Assembly (NCBI GenBank): GCA_963727445.1
Contig: CAVSGI010000010.1
Span: forward strand, 1,088,001 to 1,152,000
Origin: an uncultured delta proteobacterium
Lineage (GTDB): Bacteria > Myxococcota_A > Polyangia > Polyangiales > B10-G4
Length of the DNA stretch: 64,000 nucleotides
Reading direction: 5' to 3'
Every line of letters begins with the position of its first letter. The stretch's first letter is position 1. The notes beneath the pieces were generated by a model. The model did not search any database. It saw only the letters and a program-made list of their open reading frames with translations, and was not told the DNA's origin. Shown one piece after another: positions 44,277-54,419 of the stretch. A program made the translations under genes and the position numbers.

Positions 44277-46127
44277 ATGCCCGACACCAACGCTACGGCG
44301 GCTGCCCGCGAGTCTGTCGACTCGGTCGTCATTCGATTCGCCGGTGATTCCGGCGACGGGATGCAGCTGACCGGGACCCAGTTCACGACAACCAGCGCCC
44401 TCGCTGGCAACGACCTCGCGACCTTCCCCGACTACCCCGCCGAGATCCGCGCTCCCGCGGGTACGCTCCCGGGTGTCTCGGGCTTCCAGGTCCACTTCTC
44501 GAGCCACGACGTGTTCACGCCGGGCGACGTGGTCGACGTGCTCGTCGCGATGAACCCCGCCGCGCTCAAGCGGAATCTCGGGGACGTGAGGCCGGGCGGG
44601 ACGGTGATCCTGGACACCGCGGGCTTCAGCAAGAAGAACCTCGAGAAGGCGCACTACGAGGACGACCCGCGCGAGAACGGGAGCCTCAAGGGCTACGACC
44701 TGATCGAGGTCGACATCACGGAGCTCACGCTCAAGGCCGTCGAGGACATGAAGATGAACAATCGGGCGGCGGTTCGCTCGAAGAACATGTTCGCCCTCGG
44801 CCTCGTGTACTGGATGTTCGATCGGAAGATCGAGCACACCCTCGACTTCCTCCAGAAGAAGTTCGAGAAGAAGCCGACCATTCTCGAAGCGAACCAGCGG
44901 GCGCTCAAGGCCGGCTATCACTACGGCGAGACCCACGAGCTCTTCCGCCACGTCTACGAGGTGAAGGCGGCGAGCCACGCCCCTGGCCTCTACCGCAACA
45001 TCTCCGGCAACGAGGCGCTCGCCTTCGGGCTCTGCGCGGCGTCGCAGCTGAGCGGCCTCGAGCTCTTCTACGCGAGCTACCCGATCACCCCGGCCTCACC
45101 GATCCTCCACTACCTCGCCCGCCAGAAGGCGCTGGGTGTCGCCACCTTCCAGGCCGAGGACGAGATCGCCGCCATGTGCGCCGCGATCGGCGCGAGCTAC
45201 GCCGGGGCCCTCGGCGTCACCGCCACCAGCGGCCCGGGCATCGCGCTCAAGGGTGAGGCCATCGGCCTCGCGCTGATCTACGAGCTTCCCGCCGTCGTCG
45301 TGAACGTGCAGCGCGCCGGGCCCAGCACCGGCATGCCCACCAAGACCGAGCAGGCCGATCTGCTGCAGGCGCTCTACGGGCGCCACGGCGAATCGCCGAT
45401 GCCGGTGATCGCTGCGCGCAGCCCCGGCGACTGCTTCTTCGCCGCCATCGAAGCGGCGCGGGTCGCCGTGAAGTACATGACGCCGGTCATCCTCCTCTCC
45501 GACGGCTACATCGCCAACGGCGCCGAGCCCTGGCCGATCCCGCAGGTGAGCGACATCCCGAAGATCGAGGTCGCCTTCCGCACCGAGCCCGAGGGCTTTC
45601 AGCCCTACATGCGCAACGACCACCTCGCGCGGCCCTGGGCCCTGCCCGGCACGCCCGGTCTCGAGCACCGCCTCGGCGGCCTCGAGAAGCAGGACGTCAC
45701 CGGCAACGTCAGCTACGACCCGGCGAACCACCAGCGCATGAGCGAGCTCCGCCGCGACAAAGTGCTCAAGGTCGCCGACGACCTGCCGCAAACCGAGATC
45801 TTCGGCGACGAAGAAGGCGACCTGGTGGTCGTCGGCTGGGGCGGCACCTACGGCGCCATCCACCAGGGTGTGGCGGAGGCGCGCGAGCGCGGGCACAAGG
45901 TCGGTCACGTGCACCTGCGCTGGCTGAGCCCGCTGCCCAAGGACCTGCCCGACATCCTCCGCCGCTACCGCAAGGTGCTGGTCCCGGAGCTCAACCTCGG
46001 GCAGCTCTCGAAGGTGCTGCGCGCCGAGTACCTGATCGACGCGCGCCCCTACTGCAAGATCCAGGGACAGCCGTTCCGAGTCAGCGAGATCGTCGACGCG
46101 ATCCGCGCCCAGCTGGAGGCCCACTGA
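44277..46127 (+). CDS. korA: 2-oxoacid:acceptor (ferredoxin) oxidoreductase subunit alpha
   Basis: RFAGDSGDGMQ, YPITP, QAEDEIAA, QRAGPSTGMPTKTEQ and ELNLGQL; substrate specificity not determined. Confidence 0.9.
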   Translation: MPDTNATAAARESVDSVVIRFAGDSGDGMQLTGTQFTTTSALAGNDLATFPDYPAEIRAPAGTLPGVSGFQVHFSSHDVFTPGDVVDVLVAMNPAALKRNLGDVRPGGTVILDTAGFSKKNLEKAHYEDDPRENGSLKGYDLIEVDITELTLKAVEDMKMNNRAAVRSKNMFALGLVYWMFDRKIEHTLDFLQKKFEKKPTILEANQRALKAGYHYGETHELFRHVYEVKAASHAPGLYRNISGNEALAFGLCAASQLSGLELFYASYPITPASPILHYLARQKALGVATFQAEDEIAAMCAAIGASYAGALGVTATSGPGIALKGEAIGLALIYELPAVVVNVQRAGPSTGMPTKTEQADLLQALYGRHGESPMPVIAARSPGDCFFAAIEAARVAVKYMTPVILLSDGYIANGAEPWPIPQVSDIPKIEVAFRTEPEGFQPYMRNDHLARPWALPGTPGLEHRLGGLEKQDVTGNVSYDPANHQRMSELRRDKVLKVADDLPQTEIFGDEEGDLVVVGWGGTYGAIHQGVAEARERGHKVGHVHLRWLSPLPKDLPDILRRYRKVLVPELNLGQLSKVLRAEYLIDARPYCKIQGQPFRVSEIVDAIRAQLEAH

Positions 46128-47137
46128 TGGACGCCAAGGCCGCCGAAGCCCCGAAGCTCACCCGCAAAGACTTCGCCTCCGATCAGGAGGTGCGTTGGTG
46201 CCCGGGCTGTGGTGACTACTCGATCCTCGCCCAGGTGCAGCGGACGCTGCCCGAGCTGGGGCTGCCGAAGGAGAAGTACGTGGTGGTCGCCGGGATCGGC
46301 TGCTCGAGCCGCTTCCCCTATTACATGAACACCTATGGCATCCACACGATCCACGGTCGAGCGCCGGCCTTCGCGACGGGCATCAAGGGCGCCAACCCGG
46401 ATCTGTCGGTGTGGCTCATCACCGGTGACGGCGACGGCCTGTCGATCGGCGGCAACCACCTGTTGCACGTGCTCCGGCGCAACGTCGAGGTGCGGATCCT
46501 CCTCTTCAACAACCGCATCTACGGCCTCACCAAGGGCCAGTACAGCCCGACCTCGCCGGTCGGCAAGCGCACCGGCTCCACGCCCTTCGGCTCGATCGAT
46601 CATCCGATCGATCCGCTGCGCTTCGCCCTCGGCGCGGACGCGAGCTTCGTGGCACGTGTCATCGACGTCGACGCCAAGAACTTCCAGAAGATCCTGCGGC
46701 GCGCGGCGATGCACCGCGGCGCGACCTTCGTCGAGATCTACCAGAACTGCCCCATCTTCAACGACGACGCCTTCATCCAGCTCTCGGACAAGAAGCAGCG
46801 CCCCGAAAACGCGCTCTACCTCGAGCACGGCGAGAAGATGCTCTTCGGCCCGGACAACGAGCACGGCATCGCTTACGACGACGTCATGCTCCCGCGCATC
46901 GTCGCCGCCGACGACCCCGACGTTCTCGTCCACGACGAGACCAACCTGATGATGGCGCAGATGCTGGCTCTGATGGAGCAGATGCCCGGCATGCCCACCC
47001 CCCTCGGCGTCTTCCGCGCCGTCGATCGCCCCACCTACGAGCGTCAGCTCAACGAACAGCTCGAAGCCCAGAAGGCCGCAAAGACGCTCACCATCCAGCA
47101 GGTGCTCGAGTCCGGCGAAACCTGGACCGTCGAGTAG
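46127..47137 (+). CDS. korB: 2-oxoacid:ferredoxin oxidoreductase subunit beta
   Basis: WCPGCGD, GIGCS, HGRA, GDGDG and NNRIYGLTKGQ (TPP binding). Confidence 0.9.
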   Translation: MDAKAAEAPKLTRKDFASDQEVRWCPGCGDYSILAQVQRTLPELGLPKEKYVVVAGIGCSSRFPYYMNTYGIHTIHGRAPAFATGIKGANPDLSVWLITGDGDGLSIGGNHLLHVLRRNVEVRILLFNNRIYGLTKGQYSPTSPVGKRTGSTPFGSIDHPIDPLRFALGADASFVARVIDVDAKNFQKILRRAAMHRGATFVEIYQNCPIFNDDAFIQLSDKKQRPENALYLEHGEKMLFGPDNEHGIAYDDVMLPRIVAADDPDVLVHDETNLMMAQMLALMEQMPGMPTPLGVFRAVDRPTYERQLNEQLEAQKAAKTLTIQQVLESGETWTVE

Positions 47138-47342
47138 CCCCGGGGACGGTCTACACTTTTCAACTTTCGCCCCGAGCAGGAGTAGCCCCGGGGACGGTCT
47201 ACACTTTTCAACTTTCGCCCAGCCATTTCCCCGCGATTTCGGGCGCCGAAAGTTGAAAAGTGTAGACCGTCCCCGAAGCGGGCGAGGGCGGCTTGGAGCG
47301 GGGCGCCGAAAGTTGAAAAGTGTAGACCGTCCCCAAAGCGGG
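47132..47342. repeat. Cluster of four identical 28-bp repeats (two direct, two inverted), REP/REPIN-like
   Basis: GGGGACGGTCTACACTTTTCAACTTTCG at 47142-47169 and 47190-47217; reverse complement at 47247-47274 and 47307-47334. Confidence 0.92.
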
Positions 47343-47408
47343 GGCTGGGTGGGTGGTCTGAGCGGCACCGGCCGGGTGTATGCTCCGCGGCCAGGGAGGG
47401 ACCCGACC

Positions 47409-49346
47409 ATGCGCAAACTCGCGCTTCTAGTGCTCACGTTCATCATCGCTCTGCCCGCGACGGCGAGCGCGTTCTGCGGTTTCTACGTCACCGGCGCCGA
47501 CGCCCCGCTGGTGAACAACGCCACGATGGTGGTGATGATGCGCGATGGGACGCGCACCGTCCTGTCGATGGAGAACAACTACCAGGGGCCGCCCTCGGAC
47601 TTCGCGATGGTGGTGCCGGTCCCGGTGGTGCTGCAGGAGGACAACGTGAAGACCCTCGAGAAGGCGGTCTTCACCCAGGTCGATCGCCTCGCGGCGCCCC
47701 GCCTCGTCGAGTACTGGGAGCAGGACCCGTGCTACGAGGAGCCGGAGGCGGAAGAGGAGGCGGACTTCGCGATGCGCGCCGAGGCCATGCCGGCGCCTTC
47801 CCCCGAAGCCAGCGCGGACGACCTCGGCGTCACCATCGAAGCGCAGTTCACCGTCGGCGAATACGAGATCGTGATCCTCAGCGCCCGTGACTCCTCGGGC
47901 CTCGACACCTGGCTGCGGCAGAACGAGTACAACATCCCCGAAGGCGCCGAGGAGATCCTCCGCCCCTACGTCGAGGGCGGCATGAAGTTCTTCGTCGCCA
48001 AGGTCGACGTGGAAAAGGTCACCTTCGCGGGCGACCAGCTGATGCTCTCACCGCTCCGCTTCCACTACGACACCGATCAGTTCAGCCTCCCGATCCGCCT
48101 GGGCCTGTTGAACAGCGCCGGCAAGCAGGACCTGATCGTCCACATCCTCGCCGAGAACCAGCGCTACGAGGTCGCCAACTACGAAAACGTCACGGTGCCG
48201 ACCAACGTCGACGTCGCAGACGACGTGCGGGAGCGCTTCGGCGAGTTCTACGCGGCGATGTTCGACGCGACCCTCGAGCGCAATCCCCGCTCCGTGGTCA
48301 CCGAATACGCATGGCAGGCATCGAACTGCGACCCCTGCCCCGGCCCGGTCCTCGACGCCTCGATCCTGATGACCCTCGGCGCCGACGTACTGCCCGGGAT
48401 GAGCGGAAGCCGCCGCGGCGACGCCTCCTTCGGCACACCCACCGTGGCCGGCGACATCGACGCCGCGGTGGCCGGCGCGGTGGTGGGCACGCGAAAGAAC
48501 GCGATCATCGCCTGCTACCAAGGCGCCCTCGACCGCAGCTCGTCCATCCAGGGCGGCGCGTCGGTGCGCGTGACGATCGGCACCGACGGCTCGGTCAGCG
48601 GCCAGCCGCGCCTCACGGTCAACGGCGGACGCGACGCCGAAATGGAAGCGTGCATCCAGTCGCAGATCTCGTCGCTCCGCTTCCCCGCGCCCCAGAACGG
48701 CGCCGCCGCCACCCTCACCATCCCCTTCACCCTCGTGGCCGCACCCGTCGATCAGTGGCAGGTGCAGCAGCGCCTCACCAACTTCGTGCTGACCCGCTTG
48801 CACGCGCGTTACGCGAAGGAGGGAATCGACGAGGACCTGGTCTTCCGCCCGGCCGATCCCATCGTCGGCGGCCGCGAGTTCGTTCAGAACGATGGCAAGC
48901 TGGAGGAAGGCTCGCAGCCCTCGTCGGTGAACAACTTCCAGGCGCGCTACGCCATCCGTCACCCGTGGGAAGGACCGATCACCTGCGACAATCCGCGCCG
49001 CGGCATCTGGGGCGGGCCTCCTTCGGGCGTGGGTGCGAACCAGCAGGTTCGGCCAGCGCTCGATCTCGCCTTCGCGCCACGTGGTCAGATGACCCTCTCG
49101 GACATGCTTCGCCAGAACGTGCCCGAGCTCTCCATCGAGCCGCCCACCACGACCTCCGCCCTCCTCAGCGGTGCGACGCAGGCGGCCGCCGCGGCGGCGA
49201 CGGGAGCGGCCGCGACTACCGGGGAGAGCGACGGTGGCTGCGGATCGTGCACCACCGCCGGAAACCAGGAAGGGGAGCCGCTCATGGGGCTGCTCTTCGC
49301 TCTTTTGGGCCTCGCGGGCTTCGGCTTCCTTCGCAAGCGCCGGTGA
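47409..49346 (+). CDS. DUF2330 family protein with inserted AgmX/PglI-like domain and MYXO-CTERM-like tail
   Basis: ASA-FCGFYV; FAMVVPVP; TEYAW...CDPC; VLTRLHARY; GGCGSC-TM-RKRR. Confidence 0.8.
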   Translation: MRKLALLVLTFIIALPATASAFCGFYVTGADAPLVNNATMVVMMRDGTRTVLSMENNYQGPPSDFAMVVPVPVVLQEDNVKTLEKAVFTQVDRLAAPRLVEYWEQDPCYEEPEAEEEADFAMRAEAMPAPSPEASADDLGVTIEAQFTVGEYEIVILSARDSSGLDTWLRQNEYNIPEGAEEILRPYVEGGMKFFVAKVDVEKVTFAGDQLMLSPLRFHYDTDQFSLPIRLGLLNSAGKQDLIVHILAENQRYEVANYENVTVPTNVDVADDVRERFGEFYAAMFDATLERNPRSVVTEYAWQASNCDPCPGPVLDASILMTLGADVLPGMSGSRRGDASFGTPTVAGDIDAAVAGAVVGTRKNAIIACYQGALDRSSSIQGGASVRVTIGTDGSVSGQPRLTVNGGRDAEMEACIQSQISSLRFPAPQNGAAATLTIPFTLVAAPVDQWQVQQRLTNFVLTRLHARYAKEGIDEDLVFRPADPIVGGREFVQNDGKLEEGSQPSSVNNFQARYAIRHPWEGPITCDNPRRGIWGGPPSGVGANQQVRPALDLAFAPRGQMTLSDMLRQNVPELSIEPPTTTSALLSGATQAAAAAATGAAATTGESDGGCGSCTTAGNQEGEPLMGLLFALLGLAGFGFLRKRR

Positions 49347-49429
49347 TCGATTGTATCATTCGTGACCAGTACTTGATTTGACTCCAGCGGATGTTTACAC
49401 AATAAGACTCCGCTCTCTCCTCTGGGGGA

Positions 49430-50497
49430 ATGGAAGTGATGCCGAGCGAAGAGGATCCACCACCGCGCTACTCCGATCCTGGTGAGCGAATCAGCCTCAC
49501 CGATCTCGAGGAGATCAAACCGCTGGGCACCACGCCGCCGCCGGTTCCCAACGAAGCGGCGGAGCACTTCGATCTCGACGAAGCCATGTCGCGCGCCCTG
49601 TCGTCCGTGGCCGCGCCCCCCGCGCCGACCATCGATGTGGAGCGGCGAAGCACCCCCGACAAGAAGCCGACGCAGTCGAAGAACCTACGGCCGGTGCAGG
49701 CCGCCGTCGCCATCACCATCGGGGCGGCCATCGCCTGGTTCGTCCAGCGACCGGCAGAGCCGACCGAGTCGGTCGCCCAGAACGATCCTCCTGCGGAGAC
49801 CTCGACGAACATCGCGCAAGTGCGCCCCGAGAACGACGCGCCTTCCATCCCGGAGATGGCAGCCGCCGAACCGATTTCCTCCGTGATGAGCGAGCCCGGC
49901 GCGATGCCGACCGGGCCGACGCCGACAGAGCCAATCGTCGCTCAGCGCCCGGAGGCCGCCGACGAGCCCCAGGCCGACGAGCCCCAGAACGAACACGCCG
50001 CGGAGCCCACGGTCGCCGCTCATCACGCCGAGGCCCAACAGGCCCAGCATTCGACCTCGCCCACCCAGGCCGCCGAGGCGGAATCCGACGACAACCCGCA
50101 CCTCCCCGCCGACTACGACACCCCCGAGGCCCAAGCTGCCCGAGAGGCACACCGACAGGAGGTTCGTGAAGCGGAAGCCGCCGCCCAGGCCGCGCGCGAA
50201 GCCGAAGCCGCCGCCGAAGCCGCGCGCGCCGAGCTCCCACCGGAGCCCGACCGCGACTCGGTGCGCGACGCGATGGAGGCTGTCCGCGGCGCCATCACAC
50301 AGTGCGCCGGGGGGGCGCACGGCACCGCCACCATGCGCATCACGGTCCACCACTCCGGCCGGGTGCAGGGGGCGCTCGTCGAGGGCACTTTCGCCGGCAC
50401 CCCGGAGGGGTCCTGCATGGCCCTGGCCGCCCGCCGCGCCCGCTTCCCGGCGTTCAGCAACGACCGCTTCGCGGTCACCTATCCGTTCACGTTCTGA
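49430..50497 (+). CDS. Single-pass membrane protein with Pro/Glu-rich linker and C-terminal AgmX/PglI (TonB-C-like) domain
   Basis: Central TM; C-terminal ITQC...GRV...GSCM...ARFPAF...TYPF. Confidence 0.7.
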   Translation: MEVMPSEEDPPPRYSDPGERISLTDLEEIKPLGTTPPPVPNEAAEHFDLDEAMSRALSSVAAPPAPTIDVERRSTPDKKPTQSKNLRPVQAAVAITIGAAIAWFVQRPAEPTESVAQNDPPAETSTNIAQVRPENDAPSIPEMAAAEPISSVMSEPGAMPTGPTPTEPIVAQRPEAADEPQADEPQNEHAAEPTVAAHHAEAQQAQHSTSPTQAAEAESDDNPHLPADYDTPEAQAAREAHRQEVREAEAAAQAAREAEAAAEAARAELPPEPDRDSVRDAMEAVRGAITQCAGGAHGTATMRITVHHSGRVQGALVEGTFAGTPEGSCMALAARRARFPAFSNDRFAVTYPFTF

Positions 50498-50579
50498 GCC
50501 GCCTCGCGGTCGCGCCATCCCCCCGATCCAGCATGGCTTGCCGGGATCGGGGCTGGGCCGGTAGGCTCCCGACTCGAGC

Positions 50580-51401
50580 ATGGGATTCTGGGTGAGATTC
50601 TGGGGGGTGCGCGGGTCGATCGCCTGCCCGACGCCCCGCCACATCGCCTTCGGCGGAAACACGAGCTGCATCGAGATCGAAGCGGATGCGCAGCGCATCG
50701 TGTTGGACGCCGGCACGGGCATCCGCGAGCTCGGCCACTCCTTCATGAAGCGCGGCATCGACCACGCGAACATCCTTCTGACCCACACCCACTGGGACCA
50801 CATCAACGGCTTCCCGTTCTTCGGTCCCGGCTACGATCCGAACTGCAAGTTCGACGTGATGGCCGGCCACCTCGCCGACCACGGCGGCGTGCGCCAGGTG
50901 CTCGCCGGTCAGATGGCGACGCCCATGTTCCCGGTGCCCCTCGAGACGCTACGCGCAGAGATGACGTTCCAGGATTTCCGCGCGGGCGAGTCCTTCGAGA
51001 TCGGAACCGTCAAGGTCCGCACCGCCATGCTCAATCATCCGCAGGGCGCCACCGGCTACCGCATCGAGTCGGGCGGAAAGTCGGTCTGCTACGTGACGGA
51101 CACCGAGCACGTCCTCGGCACGCACGACGAGAACATCCTGGCGCTGATCGACGGGGCCGACCTGGTCATCTACGACAGCACCTACACCGACGCGGAGTTC
51201 CCCGAGAAGATCGGCTGGGGCCACTCCACCTGGCAGGAGGGCGTTCGCCTCTGCCAGCGCGCGAACGTGAAGCAGCTCGCCATCTTCCACCACGACCCCG
51301 AGCACGAGGACGCCTTCATGGAGAACCTCGAGCGCGAGGCTCAGGACATGTGGGACGGCTCGCTCGTGGCGCGCGAGCACATGCGGTTGACGCTCGTCTA
51401 G
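50580..51401 (+). CDS. MBL-fold metallo-hydrolase (phosphodiesterase-like)
   Basis: FWGVRGS, GGNTSC, LDAGTG, THTHWDH, DTEH, GWGHS and FHHDP. Confidence 0.9.
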   Translation: MGFWVRFWGVRGSIACPTPRHIAFGGNTSCIEIEADAQRIVLDAGTGIRELGHSFMKRGIDHANILLTHTHWDHINGFPFFGPGYDPNCKFDVMAGHLADHGGVRQVLAGQMATPMFPVPLETLRAEMTFQDFRAGESFEIGTVKVRTAMLNHPQGATGYRIESGGKSVCYVTDTEHVLGTHDENILALIDGADLVIYDSTYTDAEFPEKIGWGHSTWQEGVRLCQRANVKQLAIFHHDPEHEDAFMENLEREAQDMWDGSLVAREHMRLTLV

Positions 51402-51459
51402 TGCCTGGCGAGAACCCTTCTACGTCATTGGACCAGGCACTGGGGGCGCGCTCGCGCCC

Positions 51460-52296
51460 TCACTGGGCTACTTGCGTCCCACCGGTGGTGGTCGTCGTCG
51501 TCTGCTGCTGCTGGGTGCTACCGGCCGGGGCCATCACCGGCTGGGAGCCGCCGCTCGTCTGCTGCTGTTGCTGTTGCGGCTGCGAGCCGCCGCTGGTCGA
51601 CGCCACGGACTGCGAGGTCGTGCCCGTGAAGTCCCACTGGTAGGTGAGGCGCGTCGGTCCGGCCGGGGCCCCGCCGGAGTTGCGTCCCGCGTTGAGGCGG
51701 AGCGCGACCGCCGTGGTGTCGAGGGTGAGGTGTTGGGTGTTGGCGAAGCAGATCTGACCGCCACCTGTCGCGACCTCCACCGGGCCGGGAACCCACTGCG
51801 TCGCGTAGACGGCGCGCTGAGACCAGCGGCGGCAGTTGTTGTACTGGTCCACCTCGGTGCAGACGTTCTCGGTGCCTACCTGGACGTCCTGCGGCACCAG
51901 GCCGTCATAGACCTGGGTCTGCACGGGAACCAGCTCGATGTTGGGCGACTGGTCCTCGACCGGCTCGGCTTGACCGGCCTGAGAGCGGAAGACCACGGTC
52001 CAGTTGCGGAGATCGGGGTAGCGCCGGTCGAGACCACGCAGTGTCACCGCGATGCAGAGGTTCTGGGGATCGGCTTGAACGATCTGCGCGTCCTGAGCCA
52101 GGGACCCCGGCGGCAGACCTCGCTGTTGCTCCACGCGGTTGTTCTCGTACATCAGGATCGGCACCTGTCCGACGCCCCCCTTTGCGGGATGCTGGGCAGT
52201 GGCGAGTTGGGGCCGGCCCCCAGCGAAGAGGTAACGGGAGCCACAACCAGTCGTGAGAATCGCGAGCGCAAGAAGCGAAAAGAGGAGCTTGGGCAT
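51460..52296 (-). CDS. Hypothetical lipoprotein with Q/T-rich tail
   Basis: Lipobox TTGC; polyQ/polyT C-terminus. Confidence 0.7.
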   Translation of the reverse strand: MPKLLFSLLALAILTTGCGSRYLFAGGRPQLATAQHPAKGGVGQVPILMYENNRVEQQRGLPPGSLAQDAQIVQADPQNLCIAVTLRGLDRRYPDLRNWTVVFRSQAGQAEPVEDQSPNIELVPVQTQVYDGLVPQDVQVGTENVCTEVDQYNNCRRWSQRAVYATQWVPGPVEVATGGGQICFANTQHLTLDTTAVALRLNAGRNSGGAPAGPTRLTYQWDFTGTTSQSVASTSGGSQPQQQQQQTSGGSQPVMAPAGSTQQQQTTTTTTGGTQVAQ

Positions 52297-52433
52297 CGAG
52301 CAAGAGCCTTTCCGAGGCTGTGTACGCGTTGTCTGACGGAGAATTCCCGATTCGATTCGAGCCGGTGGAGAAGAATTCCAGGTTTACGCGGGCCCGTCCC
52401 GTATCCGGCCGGGCCATGATATGAGAAGGCGCC

Positions 52434-53756
52434 ATGATGGGGGGACGCATCTTCTTCGCCTTTTTCCTCTGTGTCTTCGTCGCGGGCTGCGACGACGAGC
52501 CGGCAGAGCCCGAGCTCAGCGAAGCCGAGATCGAAGCCCAGGAGCGCGAGCGTGCAGACCAAGAGGTGCTCGAGTCCATTCGATCCGGGGACATCCAGGC
52601 GATAGCGGTCTATCTGGAGGACTACCCGGATGGCGCGCACGTCGCCGAGGCGCGACAGGCCATCAGCGGCAAGGTCCCAGAGCAGATCCTCGCCTACCGC
52701 CGACAGGCCGCGCGGCTGGGCGCCGACCCGCTCCTGGTGTTGGCGGCGGCGGACGTCTTCGAGGCCTACGCCGACCAGGCTCCCGCAGCGCTCCGCTTCG
52801 AGACCGTCAGCAACAACGCGTCACCGCCCGAAGACATGGCCGAGCCGAACACCCCGGCCTCCGCCCTCCGCGACGCCCTGTCCGCTCAGCGCCTCGCCCA
52901 ATACACCAGCGAGAACGAGGCCTACTCGGGCTTGAGCGCGGCGACCCGCCGGCTCTTCCATGCGGGCGACACCATCGCCGACCAGAGGATCCTCGGTGAC
53001 GGTCCGGTGTTCCGCATCGAGCGAGGGGTCGCGCCTGCGGACCTGATGATCACCGCCGACGACGGCACGCCGTATCAATCCCTGGTCGCGAACGTGCGCG
53101 TCGAGGTGCACGTGCCCGCCCACGACGGCGAGCCGGCGCGCGTCACCTACCGCAACGACGCGTTCGCGCCGGCCAACTTCTCCGTGGACGTCACCCAGGT
53201 GGAGGGACACACCTCGGCGAACGCCGGAACGCGCCACCGCGCCGTCTACGACGCGTTGCTCAGCGCGGTGGGCCGCCGCGTGACCCACGGCCCCGCCGGG
53301 CGGCTCGCCTTCTATCTCCGGCCGCAGGACTACGCGGCCGCGGTGGACCTCGCCATCCCCGAGCAGAGTCGCGCCCTCGACGCCGTCGTGACGAAGCTCG
53401 AGGGGACCATCCCCGGCGTGGCGGTAGGCACCCGCTGCCGACTGCAGGTGGGGCGCGGCAACGACAGCGAGGACCAGCACTGCCGCGTGGGTCTGGTGTG
53501 CAGCGGCCAGGAGCTCTACGGGAGCGAGATCAGCGGCTTCGTGCCCTGCGCCCCGCCGCCGGTGATCGTGAACGACGAAAACCCCGCGGATGGCGATCCG
53601 GCGCTTCGCATCGACACCACCGAAAGGAAGCTCACTCTCCACGACGCCGAGTCCGGCCGCTTCGGCGAGGTGAGCCTCGAAGCGCGCCTGATCGCCATCG
53701 ACGAGCCCACGCCACGGCGGCCCGCTGCGCCGGCGGAGGAGGACACCGCCGAATGA
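52434..53756 (+). CDS. Hypothetical lipoprotein
   Basis: Lipobox VAGC; YLEDYPDG...AEAR motif; Cys-containing C-domain. Confidence 0.7.
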   Translation: MMGGRIFFAFFLCVFVAGCDDEPAEPELSEAEIEAQERERADQEVLESIRSGDIQAIAVYLEDYPDGAHVAEARQAISGKVPEQILAYRRQAARLGADPLLVLAAADVFEAYADQAPAALRFETVSNNASPPEDMAEPNTPASALRDALSAQRLAQYTSENEAYSGLSAATRRLFHAGDTIADQRILGDGPVFRIERGVAPADLMITADDGTPYQSLVANVRVEVHVPAHDGEPARVTYRNDAFAPANFSVDVTQVEGHTSANAGTRHRAVYDALLSAVGRRVTHGPAGRLAFYLRPQDYAAAVDLAIPEQSRALDAVVTKLEGTIPGVAVGTRCRLQVGRGNDSEDQHCRVGLVCSGQELYGSEISGFVPCAPPPVIVNDENPADGDPALRIDTTERKLTLHDAESGRFGEVSLEARLIAIDEPTPRRPAAPAEEDTAE

Positions 53757-54412
53757 GCGCGACGCGCGTCGCACCCCTCGCGCTGTTGTTGCTCGCGTTC
53801 CCCAGCATCGCGCAAGCGCGCCCACCGCTCCTCGAAGCGCGGCAGGGATGCGAGCTCTGGCTCGGTCAGGCCCACGGCAACGACCCTTCGGTCCGCGTGA
53901 ACCTGCGCCTCTGCCCCGCCGAGGGCGGGGGCCTCTCGGGCGAGCTCCAATGGTCGAGCCTCGAGAGTGGACACAACGTGCGCGCGGTCGAAGGCCACCG
54001 CCAGGGCAACGCGATCATCCTTGGCGACGTGCGCATCGTCGAAGAGCAGCCCGAGCCCGGCTGGCGCTTCTGCAACATCGACCGCTACGAGCTCACGCAG
54101 AGCGGCGACCACCTCCGCGGCACCTACCGCTCCAGCGCGTGCGACGACTCGGCGACGTTGGAGCTCGAACGCGTGGCGGAGACCGGGACGGCCGCCGGCA
54201 GAGGCGCGGAGACGGAGACAGGGACGCAGACGGAGACGGAGACCGCGACGCAGACGGAGACCGCGACGCAGACGGAGACCGCGACGCAGACGGAGACCCC
54301 TTCGGACGCGTCAACCGCCTCGGGCTGCGGCTGCACGACCGCCTCCCCGCGCACGAGCCTCGCCTTTCTCCTCGTCCTCTTGCCCCTCGTCCTGCGTCGC
54401 CCTCGGACCTGA
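53753..54412 (+). CDS. Secreted protein with TQTETA repeats and MYXO-CTERM-like anchor
   Basis: ATGA overlap; signal peptide AQA; 18-bp tandem repeats at about 54220-54297; GCGC-TM-RR tail. Confidence 0.7.
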   Translation: MSATRVAPLALLLLAFPSIAQARPPLLEARQGCELWLGQAHGNDPSVRVNLRLCPAEGGGLSGELQWSSLESGHNVRAVEGHRQGNAIILGDVRIVEEQPEPGWRFCNIDRYELTQSGDHLRGTYRSSACDDSATLELERVAETGTAAGRGAETETGTQTETETATQTETATQTETATQTETPSDASTASGCGCTTASPRTSLAFLLVLLPLVLRRPRT

Positions 54413-54419
54413 GCGGCCG

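Noticed and set aside
47132..47342. CRISPR array
   Set aside because: Repeats switch orientation, gaps are unequal (20, 29, 32 bp) and partly repeated, and there are no cas genes in the window
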